This document shows, piece after piece, positions 35,067 through 47,124 of a DNA stretch of 64,000 nucleotides. Positions within the stretch are counted from its first letter, which is position 1; each line of letters starts with the position of its first letter. Position numbers and translations under genes: made by a program. The stretch comes from Mytilus californianus (lineage: Eukaryota). The DNA is taken from positions 6,200,001 to 6,264,000 of the forward strand of contig NW_026262671.1 of assembly GCF_021869535.1 (NCBI RefSeq). Direction: 5' to 3'. Under the pieces are notes generated by a model. It searched no databases and had not been told where the DNA came from. It saw only the letters and a program-made list of their open reading frames with translations.

Positions 35067-38000
35067 TCATGCACTTGCCATGGTTGAGTAACCTAACTTA
35101 TCCTCCAAGTCTTCATAATGTGTTTTGAGACGTTCCACTTGCTGATTAAAATCTGTATCAATCTCATCACAATTCTGATACTGTTTCTTTAGGAACTCAT
35201 CCCATCGCTCTTTTCTTGATGATCTGTTTTGTCGCAGCTGTTTGTTCTACAATGAATATTAATATGACATGTGATTCTGCAATTAGGCCATTTTTTAAAT
35301 TTCTGCTGGTGCACACACAGTCAAACTTTCAGACTTTTATGTAAAGTTTATGAGAGCATTTGCCCAGTTTACTAATCAATAACCTTGAAAAAAAAGAATC
35401 ATTATTATTCTCAACCCAAACATTTATTATTTTTTTTCGATAAATTTCATCTTTCCACACACTAGTCTTTCATTCATTAGATTGATGGATGGATGGATGG
35501 ATGATTAGCTGTTTAACACCATGGTTAAGTGGCAAAGTAAATGCATATTCAGGACATGAATATTTTAATGAGATATGAATATGAATCCTGCTTATTACTA
35601 GACCAACACACTGAACTGAATTTTAACCTGCTAGTTCAAAAGGTAACCATCTGCAGAAAAACATGTCACCCTTGCTCTTACTCCAAAATGATGCATGCTT
35701 AGTAGAGAACCAGGCAATGCCAATTTAAAAGTCTTTGGTTTAATCCTGCTTGGGTTTGAACACAGGCCCTCCTGCATCTGAGGCAAGCACGAGACCAACT
35801 AGACAGTCACAAACATTAGTATCAAATATGAATATCGCACTGAAGTTGACATAGTGTTTATATAGGGGACAAAAGGGTTCTAGCAACATGTCTATCAAAG
35901 TGTAAAAGTCAGTCAAAATAGCCTTAGGAACTGCAGTTAATCAAACGTAGCAAGACACATTTTTTGGCATTTAGATGAGAAGCAATCTCATTTTATATGT
36001 TTTTCCTCCAATAATGAAAAAAAATCATGTAAGATATGTAACACTTTCAAAGAGCAAAAATTGTATTTTCCTTGACTACCATATTGTAAAAACCTCATGA
36101 TGATTTGCAAAGGAATGCAAACGTGCCTAATTTTAAAAAAAATCCCATCTGTCGTGTTTGATTGTGAAAAAGTTAAAAGTCAGTTAAAAAGGTTGTAACA
36201 AAATGCCATTTTACATGCAAATTTACAAGTACTTATTCTTGTCTGCTAAAATCTCATGTTTTGTTGTCGTAGAGCAATTGAATGGCAGACAATAATTTTT
36301 CTGTACTGGGAAATAAGCAGAAATAAGCAGAAAATATGTCACCAAATATCCAGTGAAAGCGTGATACCGAAAGGTGACCATTTTAAAGACAAAGGAAGGA
36401 TCCTAAATGTTGCAAGGAGCATCATCATGAAAGACTAATCAATTGGTACCACTTGTATTAAGACTAAATTAATTTGTTTTCTTTTTTCAGTTTTATGTCA
36501 ACACTCCTGGTCTTGCTTCTAAGTTTTTGGAGTTCATGCGATTTCTCCATTTATATTAGTTTTCAAGTTAAAAAAAAAAATAAATAAAAAATGGGTATTA
36601 TACATCTTAATCTAATAAGTGCAGTGTTCTTCCCACAAATTTCATAAAGTATCCTGGTAAATAGGGAATCTTGTTTCTAGAAATTATAGCATCACATCCA
36701 TAACAATATCTTTAAGATTCAGATAGCATTACATTGAAGCACTATATCATATTGCATCACATTACCATGATGCTTAAAGGCCATGGGAGACAACTGCAAG
36801 GGTCTTGTCTTTTTGTCTGATTCTATGCAGTATTTGTATTAAATCATTGTTATCTCCCCTTACATCAATCATAATTCCTTCTACTTTGTTTTCAATGCTA
36901 AATGTTGAGTTATGGTAAAATTGATAAATTCTATAAAATTATGCAACTATCAAACTAATTCTGCTTCCCCTAACTTTACTACAATATATTTCATGCTTTA
37001 AATGTTACACCACCAAGAAGAAACTACTTTTTATGAAAAAGAACTATTTTCTAAAGCCAGACCTCTAAATCAGTGGTTTTCCACTTCAACAATTAATAAG
37101 TAGAGTTATCTCCCTGTATGTGGTAATTTACCTCAAGTATTTCACCATCTTCAATTTTCCTGCACATTTCTGTAGCAACTTTTACTGAAAATAAAGAGAA
37201 AGATGGATTTTAAATTATAAGTACATGTAATGAATAAACTGCTTCGCTAAGCGCAGCTGGATATGCCCGCAAAGGTCCAACCCTGAACAGTTGGGGCAAA
37301 AATGGACACAATATTGAAGCTTGATACAGGTCTGAATTTGGATTATCATTAAACATTTGACATATTATAGGTTTCTGAATAAATGTAGTCGAAGAACTTG
37401 AAATTGGTTATATGAATTGAATTTATATTCAATTAAAGATTTCTTGCTGTTGTGCAATACACTGTGCTGTTGCGCAATACTTAGTAAATCTGTTGTCAGA
37501 CTATAAACAAATAAAGTTCAATTAATTCTCAATGTCATATTAGAAATTTATGAAAATGTAAAGGGAGCTTACATCAATAGATATAAACAATTCACCAAAG
37601 TTTCATGAGAATTGCTGACAACATTTTTGAGTTATTGTCTGAAAACTGGAAAATCCCCCCTTTATTAATGAATAAAACCCAGTAACTCAGAAATGATAAA
37701 AGAAAAATTTATAAAATTCTCAATGGAGCTTACATCAATAGATATAAACAATTCACCAAAGTTTCATGAGAATTGCTGACAGCATTTTTGAGTTATTGTC
37801 CTTAAAACTGGAAAATCCCCCCTTTTTTAATGAATAAAACCCCATAACTCAGAAATGATAAATGAAAAATTTATAAAATTCTAAACGGAGCTTACATCAA
37901 TAGATATTAACAATTCACCAAAGTTTCATAAGAGCTGCTGAAAGCATTTTTGATTTTTTGTCCGAAAACTGGAAAATCACCCTTTTTTATGAATAAAACC

Positions 38001-41000
38001 CTGTAACTCGGAAACGTAAAATCTAAAATATATAAAAATCGAAAGGGAGCTCATGTCAATAGATATAAGCAATTTACCACAATTTCTTGCAAGTTGGTGA
38101 CAACATTCTTGACTTATTGTCCGAAAAACTGGAAAATCCCCCTTTTTTTAATGAATAAAACCCCATAACTCGGAAACGTAAAATCTAAAATTTATAAAAA
38201 ACAAAAGGGAGCTTACTTCAATAGATATAAACAATTCACCAAAGTTTTATGCAAAATTGGTTGAAGCGTTTTTGAGTTAATGTCCAACATGTTGAAGACG
38301 GACGGACAGACAGACAGACGGACGAACGGACAGACGGACAGAGGTATACCATAATACCTCCCGTCAACGGGCGTATAAAAAAGCACAAACTTTCTTTCAG
38401 ATGAAAAATAATCTATTATTATTATGACAATTTTGAAGATCAAATGAATGTTTCAGCAGAAGTCTATCATAAAATACTTATTGAATAATGATGGACAATA
38501 TATAAATAATTTGTATGCTACCAGACCTGCCAAACCTCCCAAATTAGGGAGATTTTTTCCACTTGAGATGTGTTAATCTGACTCTTAAAATAGTCTCACA
38601 TATAAACATTCACTAGATGGAATTAAAAGAAAGGCTATTGCAGAAAGTAATTTAAGTTCTAAAAACAAACATTTAAAATATATTGGGTTTCATGTTGAGG
38701 GGATACTTTATTGTGTAGTTCCCTTGTTAGTTTTTGAAGCTAGGGAATGTATTTAAAAGAGAACATCTATTATAATATGAAGTACATTTCAGCTTGAACA
38801 TGTGGAAGGAAATTAAGTGTTGCTTTAATCTCTTATACATTTGTTCATGTCAATTCTGTACTGATTTTTCTTCACTTTTCAATTGCTTTTATGCTTATGC
38901 AAACCTTTGTTGATGAGTCTGATGGAGAATGCAACTAAAAAACACTACAACACTGAAAATAAGGATGGATACTTTATACATGTATGTACTATCAAATCTG
39001 AATATAAAGGGTCAACCTCAGGACCAGAAAAAACAGACCTTATAGGGAGATTACCTTTCAATTGAGGTTCAGAATACATCATGTACATAGATCTTATTAC
39101 AACAAGAAAGGAAGAGGATGACCTGTCAAGAAAGGTTTTGGCTGATATAGCAGGTTTGAGTTTTTTTTTTTATCCCTCCTGATCTTTTCACTAAACATTT
39201 AGTAGGCACATATTAATCTGGTAAAGATGTAGTACTAGATTTGTGTATACCTTTTACAGATATATCAGCTAAAATGCAATTTTTAATAAAAATATAGCAA
39301 TTATTATGCAGACCTTACTGGTTAAAATCGTGAATCAACTGTTAATTGACTATCTGATGGATTTATTTACTGGTTACAATTTACACATGCGCTGTAACTC
39401 AGTCCTGTTCACCCCTGAAAAGTGGAAAGTGGATGGTATTAAGCCTGGCTTTATTGAGGCAAAGAGGAGGTTGGGCCAGAATGCCAGGTCTATATCATCA
39501 ACCAAGAAGACTTGTATGGTATTTGGACATACCTTTAGCAGATATATCAGGCAAGAAGACCTGCATAGCTTTCAGACTCTCAGGGATCAGCTTCTCGTTC
39601 ATTTCTTTAACATTGTCTAAAACTTTTTCTAATCTCTCTGGTTCCCTGTTTTGTCTTTTATCCTAGATATATGAATCAATAAAAATAATAAATAATAATT
39701 GTGGCGTCAGACATTTTCTATTGTGATGTCAAAATTTTACGGGAACCTTTGTGATGTCCAGTAATGGCGGACAAATAGCGATAAGGTGTATTGCATAGGA
39801 TTATCTCTGCATGCACTGTTCATGACATAGCTGTGTGAAAAATTTTGGTTAGAATAGCAGACAAAATTAGTGTGTAGGACTTTTTAAATCAGCAGATTGA
39901 GTACAGACACTGTAGATTCATTTATTTATGTGGATGCTAATTTTCGCGGATTGAGGAAAACTTCGCATTACCTGCATATATTATTTTGTGAGATTTGCTT
40001 AAGTCTGTGTACAATTCTTTAAACTAGAAGCTCTAAGAGCCTGTGTCACTCTCTGGCATCTTCAACAATAGCCATTTTGTGGTAAAAATCATCATGAAAG
40101 GGCAATAACTCTATCCAGAGTTAACTGACAATCTCAGTTATGTTGACATATTTGTATATTTTGTCCTGCTGAGAATTTTTCTTTTTAAAGTTTCTATTGA
40201 CATTTGTATCTATTACCCGGCCTTTTTTAAGATACTAGGCAAAAACTCCAAAAAATGGTAAAACATCTTTAAAAGGAAATAACTCCAATAACAAGTTGAC
40301 TAAAGATTTCTGCCATGATGGCTAATTTGTAGATCTTGTCTTGCTGATCATTTTTGCTATATCATGTATATAAACTTTCTATCTATCTTTTATAGTTTTC
40401 AAAATATAAAACAAAAATGCCAAAAATTGGAAAAATTGTCATTAAAACACAAAGGCAATCACTTCAATAAGGAGTCAACTTACGGTCATGTTGACTTGTT
40501 TTTAGATCTTGACTTTTACGGTTGATCATTTTGACTTTTAAAGTTTCTTTTTATCTAGATCTATTATAGTTTTTAAGATACAAGACAAAAATGCAAAAAA
40601 TTGGTAAAAATTATCATTAAAGAGCAATAACTTCAATAAGGAGTAGTCTGATGATTTCAGTCATTTGACTTATTTGTAGATCTTGTCTTGCTTATCATTT
40701 TTCCTTTTAAAAATTTCTCTGTATCTATTATAGTTTTCAAAATAATAAACAAAAATGAAAAAAAATGATAAAATTTGACATTTAAGGGCAATAACACCTA
40801 AAAAGAAGTCGTCTAACAGTTTTGACGTAAATAGACAGCTGGTAGATCTCAACATTCTCAACATTTCTGCCTTTGTCAGATTTTCTCTATTCATAGCGAT
40901 TTTCAAGATAATAGACAAAACTTTCATTTTACCCTATGTTTTATTTTTAACCATGTCGGCCACCTTGATTGACAAGCAGGGTCATTGGACACATTTTTTA

Positions 41001-44000
41001 AGCTAGATACCCCAATAATGATTACGGCCAAATTTGGTTAAATTCAACCCAGAAGTTTCAGAGGAGAACATTTTTGTAAAAGTTAAAAGACAATGACAAT
41101 GATGACGACGGACAACGGGCGCCAAGTAATGAGAAAAGCTCACTTGTTCTTTTGGCCAGGTGAGGTATAATAAGTACTTTGTGTAACATTTAAAATCGTG
41201 GTTGACCTATTACCATGAAATCCATGAAAATTGGTATCCCATGAATCATACTGAATCCACAGTACTTTGAGCGTGCTACCATCTGGCAGTATTTTTTAGG
41301 GTTGTTTAAAGGTGTTTATAGAGTTACTAATTCTTCTGATTTTAATTCAAATGTCATTAACCATGTTACGATTGTGTATAGTTATATACTATGTCATGAA
41401 CAATGTCAGCGGTTATCTTCAGTTATATATACCTTATGTTTTTTTCCTTGAGGGGAACAGATGTTGATAGATATTGAATAGTCTCTGAGAAAGTTATGCA
41501 CAACTAGTCTATCTCTGTTGACCTCTGGATGTCTTTTGTTTTATATTTTAGGTCGTTCCTTTGTCTCATTGACACATTCTACATATCCTGTTATTCATTT
41601 GAGACTTATCAAAATCTGACACAAGATGAATAAGATATTTTCACATAATTACCTCAAATTCTTGTACAAAATGGTTGATATGTCCTTGTAAAACTGGTCT
41701 GTGGTCTAATAATCTAGCATGAATCTCATTCACATCTACATTTTAAAATATTCAAAACATTCATTCATAATATACATCGAAACTTAAGTTTTGGGAATCC
41801 TTAATCTGACTATTCATTTATAATTTGAAACATTTTATCCCACTCAATGATGGGTACTACACAGTAAAAGTTAAAAAGTCATAAATTTTAAAATATACAT
41901 GAATTGAATTAATTACATGTCCTTATGTTTTTTAAATTTTTTTCCAAATTGACAAGTCTGTAATTTTGGCATTTAATTTCTGGTGAGTAACTCATTGGAA
42001 AAAGTGTTTGTTTTTCAAGCCATTTGTTTTCTCGTTTCAATTGTTCCACATCATGTCATTTCAGGGCCTTTTATAACTGAATATAGGGTATGGGTTTTGC
42101 TCATTGTTGAAGGCAATACAGTAACCTATTATATGAAGTAACTTATAACATTCACATCATTTGGCCTCTGGTGGATAATTGTCTGAATTTAGCAATCATT
42201 CCACATCTCCTTATTTCACAACAGATTAAAATATGTTGTAAAGTGGCAACTTTATGCATTTAATTCTAGCCAGTACTTCACACTATGAAAAGTTTATTTC
42301 GTAGAGTTATAAACAGAAAACTGACTGCATAATTTTGTATTCTTATATAGTTTATAAAAACTACATACTCATATTTTACAACTATTAAGGTAGATGGGGG
42401 GTCTAAATTAAAATCCATAGAATTTTTTAATTATTTGTCAAATGTAGTTTATGTCATGCTTTTTTCAAAAATATAATAAGAAGTATGGGTCACTGGACTT
42501 TTTATCATGCTACAGGTTGTGCAAAATTGTCAGATTTTGTATAGATTATGCATGGAAAACCAAATTTTGTGTGATAAAAAGAAAACTACACCATAGAATT
42601 TTAAGATAAAATATGAGAAGATAGCTCTAATAACATGCTTTCAGATAAGAAAAAGAAAAAAATGGGGTCACCAGACTCGTTTTCTTGCTACATAATAAAA
42701 TAGGTAAATTCACAACACAATCTATTATAAAAGTTACTTCATCTGAGTTATGTCCCCATATATCTGAGTTATCTACCCTTATGTTGCAAAGTCGGAAAAA
42801 AGTGAATCAAACAAAAATATTCTGTTTTTTGTAAAATACAGCCGTAAATATGATAAAACACATAATTTTCTATATTAAAATGACAAGTCTTACACATGAA
42901 TTACATACTACTCTCGAAATTTTCACATTTCATTAAAGATGTAGACCGATTGCTATCTGCTATTTCAAAATGCAAGATGGAAGAAGACACCCCAACTACC
43001 TTAATTACTTACATATAATCCATGTCAACTTGAACCTTTGCCAAATCCTACTCATCCAATTTGTATTAAATTTATAGCAACTTCTACAAGTGCCAAATTG
43101 TATCTTATTTTTGGATATCAATTTTTTATGATACTTTACGTTCAAATGCCAGATTTAAATTGGTTCATGAGGGAGATGTTTTACTCAATTCCATGGATCA
43201 ATGGGAGACAATTTTTTTAATTTCTTGTAGATTGTTATAGCTGACAACACAGTATGAGTTTTTCTCATTGTTGAAGGCCGTACTGAGACCTATTATTGCT
43301 TATATCCATGTCATTTGACTCTCGTGAATAGTTGTATCATTGGCAATCATACTACATCTCCTTATTTTTATATTGAAAATATATCATAAATGCTTGAAAT
43401 GGTTTCAATGTATAGAAAGAGACAAACCTTGCAGCCCTTTTTTTATTTTGTTTATATTCTCAATTAAGTAAGGGTCCAAAACTGAGATTTGCATATAAAC
43501 ATAAGTAGATGTGGTATGATTGCTAAAGAGTCAACTATTCACAAGAGATGCATTTCTTTAAATATCATTTTCCTAGGCCTCTAGGTTCTCTATTAGTTAA
43601 GGATGGCATTGATAAATATACACACAATATTAGGTCAAATGTGAGAAAAATATCAACATTTTTGTATGCAGCTTAGAAACAGGGGAAGGGCAGGGTTTAT
43701 CAAGCCCTTCAACAGTTCCATGCCAAATACAAAAGAGTTGGTATTTTTCTGACATTGACCTAATATTAGTTTTATACTGCCGCTTAAAATTGATTAATTT
43801 ATATTTATGAAAATGTAAACACTGAAATAAAACTTATTTTCCATCCCTAAACGTACCCCAGGTAGTGGAGAAAATTGATGCAACATGAAGTCTACATTGC
43901 ACAAAATTTTAAGCATACTTTTATTCCGGCGTGTAAGTTTTTCCGATGAGTACATTTACACTAGTGTTGTCTTTTTGTAAATACTGTGAAACAGAACAAA

Positions 44001-46407
44001 CACACAGGTAAATTTTGTTTATTTGGATTATCAATTACAGATTTCTCAGTTATAAATTTTTTTTCCATGCTCTAGGTGATTTCTTGGTGTCTGTCATTGT
44101 CTTATTTCCTTGAAGGATAACTTCAGCCAAATGCAGATAACATAAATTATCCTTTGTTTATTTGTGTATATTTACCAGGAATAACTACACTAGTGTAAAA
44201 TTTCCACATAAAAATTTATTTTTTACATGGTGATTTTAATATTTTTTTAACCCCCTCCTAAAAAAAAATTTTTTCAAGCACTGGCTTTGATTACCCGCAA
44301 AAAGTAACAAGATGAAATAAATATTTACTTCTGAGACTAATTGCCAAAATGTGTTTATGGACAAGGACCCTTCATGATTTCATACGGAAATTGCAGGTAG
44401 CAATAATATCATATGTTATTGTTCTGTGCAAAGTATATTCAGGCAGGCACTGATCTAAAAAAGTTTGATTTGCGATTAAACTGTGAAATTAAAAAGTATA
44501 GCAAAAAATTCCGGATTAAGATAAATTCAAAAAGTGGAAGTCCATAAAAACCGACAAAATCAAACGTTATCAACCAACGGAACGAGTGAAAAACGACTGT
44601 CATCGTGGTCATATTCCTGACTTGGTATAGACATTTTCAAAAAAAAAAAAGTGGTTTAAACAATTAAATTATTTTATTATGTGAAAACCTTAGCCTGGTG
44701 ATGATGACGATTAAACTTCCAGATGTATAGAAATATTAATAAATTGTGTCTGTGTTGAATGGTTTGTTAAACATAACCTCAGCGGAACAATTTGTTTCAG
44801 TTAAGATTCTTATGAAATTGCTCGACGAGAAAATTAATCTCAATCAGATAAAATGTATTTTTTCAATGAGTTGAAATAACTAAAAACAAATAAGAAATCT
44901 CAAAATGCCACCTAAGGCTACATACTGGATGTGCAGAAAGTGCCACAAAAATAAATAGCTATAAGAATTCTAAATATGTATAAATGTGATTTTATTCTAT
45001 CATTGCTTATGCTCAATAAATAATTTTCTATTCCTATAAATTTTTTTCAAATATGTTAAACAACGTATATACAAGGCAATGACATGGACGGTACAAAGTA
45101 TCCTGATGCTACAAACAAAAAAGACATAAATTGGAAATGTATAAAATTTTGCAGGTAACAATAAAAAATGAAATTATTGTTACCTGAAATTTCTGTATGA
45201 AATCGGGTCCTTGTCAGGAAATACATTTGGACAGTTAGTCTCGGATGTAACAATAATTATTTCTTATTGTTAGTTTTTGAGGGTAAATATAGCAAGTGCC
45301 CGTAAATAATCTTTTAAGAGTGTTTTGGATACATAAATAAACAAAGGACGATTTACACTAAGCATGGAAAAAGTAACCTAGCGCAATAATTCCTCTGGAA
45401 ATTATACACTAGTGTAACTTGTCCTCTAGAAAAAATACACTTGTGGAATGAATACACTGTTACAAAATATCCCTTTGTTACTATATTTGGTAGATAAGGA
45501 CAACAGGAAGTGTTCTAGCTGCAATATAAAAAGGACAGAGATATTTTTCTCATCGGCCACGGAACATAGGATTTTTAAGCATGTGAATGAATTATTGCCT
45601 TGATATTTATGTTGTATAATGTATACATGTATACAAAATTTATTTGTGTCTCATTAAGGTTCATCATAACCTTTTGGCTAATATGGCCGTATTTACGCCA
45701 CAAATTTTACTCAGAGTAGAGACAAACCTGTGCACCTGGAAAAGTTTCAAGGCATGACAGAACTAGATAATTCAATTCTAAATGCATTTTATGTGTCAGA
45801 AAATTATAAACTTTTCTGGATTTTGCTATTCATTTTTTTTTCATTCGTGCAGAAGGTGCAAAAATAAACTAAGTTGGGAAAGAGGTTTGTGAAGCTCCCC
45901 TCATAATATAAATGTTGTGAGTAGCATTGATTTAAATGGACAATAGGCATCTGCAAACAATAGGTGATTTAAACTGTGTAACTGAGTGGAACATATCAAA
46001 TGAAACTCGTGTGTTTGTTTATTTTGTTATCTTCTGCAGACTGGAACAAAATGCACATCAAAATCCAGGTAAGTTTTTAATTTTCTGAAACATAGACTAC
46101 ATATAACTTTTATATATCTAGGTCCTGCCATGCCTTAAAACTTTCCTAGATGCATCAGTTTGTCTGTACTCATAGTAGATTTTGTGGTGTAAACACGCCA
46201 TGATTTTCAATTCCTTTTGACATGTTTGAAGAACCTTAAATCAGCCAGCCCTGATACAAAATTGCAGTACTCGATCTAGTCAGCTAATAAAAGCAAGTGT
46301 TGTGTCTTTTAAAGTACGAGTTCAGTTTGTTTTTTGCATTTAGTTGTAGACCTATATCGTAATTGCTTAGAGCTGAAATTACCCTTAAATATGGTTTGGT
46401 CAATCAT
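35067..46407 (-). CDS. BLOC1S5: Biogenesis of lysosome-related organelles complex 1 subunit 5 (Muted), 156 aa, 5 coding exons
   Basis: Minus-strand exons 46407-46383, 41735-41653, 39662-39533, 37184-37132, 35246-35067; GT-AG with compatible phases (1,0,1,0); 471 nt. Translation MIDQTIFKDVNEIHARLLDHRPVLQGHINHFVQEFEDKRQNREPERLEKVLDNVKEMNEKLIPESLKAMQVFLPDISAKVKVATEMCRKIEDGEILENKQLRQNRSSRKERWDEFLKKQYQNCDEIDTDFNQQVERLKTHYEDLEDKLGYSTMASA*. Matches remembered human BLOC1S5 motifs (KDLGEIHSRLLDHRPVIQGETRYFVKEFEEKR; WDNFMKEQ...ERLKEQY). The 25-nt first exon is the least certain part. Confidence 0.92.
37233..38382 (+). mobile_element. HINE-like element with ~5 x 161-bp core repeats
   Basis: 5' block resembles 30880-31030; subTIR ATATGCCCG / CGGGCGTAT; (GACG/GACA)n; terminal hairpin plus A-run. 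Lies in BLOC1S5 intron 3. Confidence 0.72.
40022..41170 (+). mobile_element. Degenerate HINE-like element
   Basis: Starts AACTAGAAGCTCTAAGAGCC; diverged AAGGGCAATAACT-type cores; (GAC) tract; terminal GCTCAC...GTGAG hairpin. A related decayed copy lies at ~33560-34340. Confidence 0.5.
42389..43000. mobile_element. Kolobok-type MITE in BLOC1S5 intron 1
   Basis: TTAA on both flanks (42385-88, 43001-04); imperfect TIR GGTAG(A/T)TGGGG(G/T)GTC; 612 bp; no ORF. Confidence 0.7.
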
Positions 46408-46408
46408 G

Positions 46409-47120
46409 TTAGGAGTCAGCCCCGCCCACTTTTTGTTGTTTCAGAGTCATTCAATTTCTTGATAAACACAAAGAAAATAGCTCATGTCAAGCGCACGTAT
46501 GATTCCTTTAATTTATATACAAACAGCGGACTCTTTTCCGGAATTCGATATACTGTGTCAAGGACGTATATTAGAAGGATACCGCCTTGATAACATCAGA
46601 GAAATACCGCGTGATGCGAGAAAACACGAGATCTTGCAGAAAGCTTCAGCGGGAATTGCAGCTTCGAGATTTCTACATCAATTTGTAAGTATAAAAACAT
46701 TACATGAATAATTAAAAACAGATTTAGTAGAAGTTATTTTTATGGTATTTAATGATATTTCACTACAAAATCAACATAAGACGCTTATAAACATCATAAT
46801 AAGTGATCAACCGTAAGGATGCCAGATGCAGGGTCCTTGGGTGTGCGCATGCGCCGATATCGGACGTATCCTTTTTTCCACTGCAAGAAAATTTTTTGAA
46901 AATTGTTTGTATCCTTTCGAAAATTAATTTGATTTATTTACAGAAGGGTAAGGTAGTTCCATCATCCAACCAGAAAAACTTCTACATAGAAATCATATCC
47001 TATCATCGTCTCCCAACACTGAAATCCTCGATCAAAGTGTGGTTACCTATGTAAACAAAGAACAAAATGGCGGCAATTACGAAATAAAATTTTGACAGAT
47101 CGACAGTCAAGCGGAAGTTA
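46409..47120. promoter_or_regulatory. CpG-richer promoter region of BLOC1S5 (GC box, NRF1-like, YY1-like and ETS-like motifs)
   Basis: CCCCGCCCAC 46420-29; TGCGCATGCGC 46844-54; AAAATGGCGGC 47064-74; GCGGAAGT ~47111. CpG density rises abruptly relative to the gene body. Confidence 0.55.
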
Positions 47121-47124
47121 AGTA

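Noticed and set aside
40646-40670. CTGATGA as a hammerhead ribozyme core
   Set aside because: No properly placed GAAA or flanking stems.
45181-45225. Alternative BLOC1S5 first exon (MYFLTRTRFHTEIS, phase-1 donor)
   Set aside because: It lies within a decayed transposon hairpin and fits the family N-terminus worse than MIDQTIFK|D at 46407-46383.
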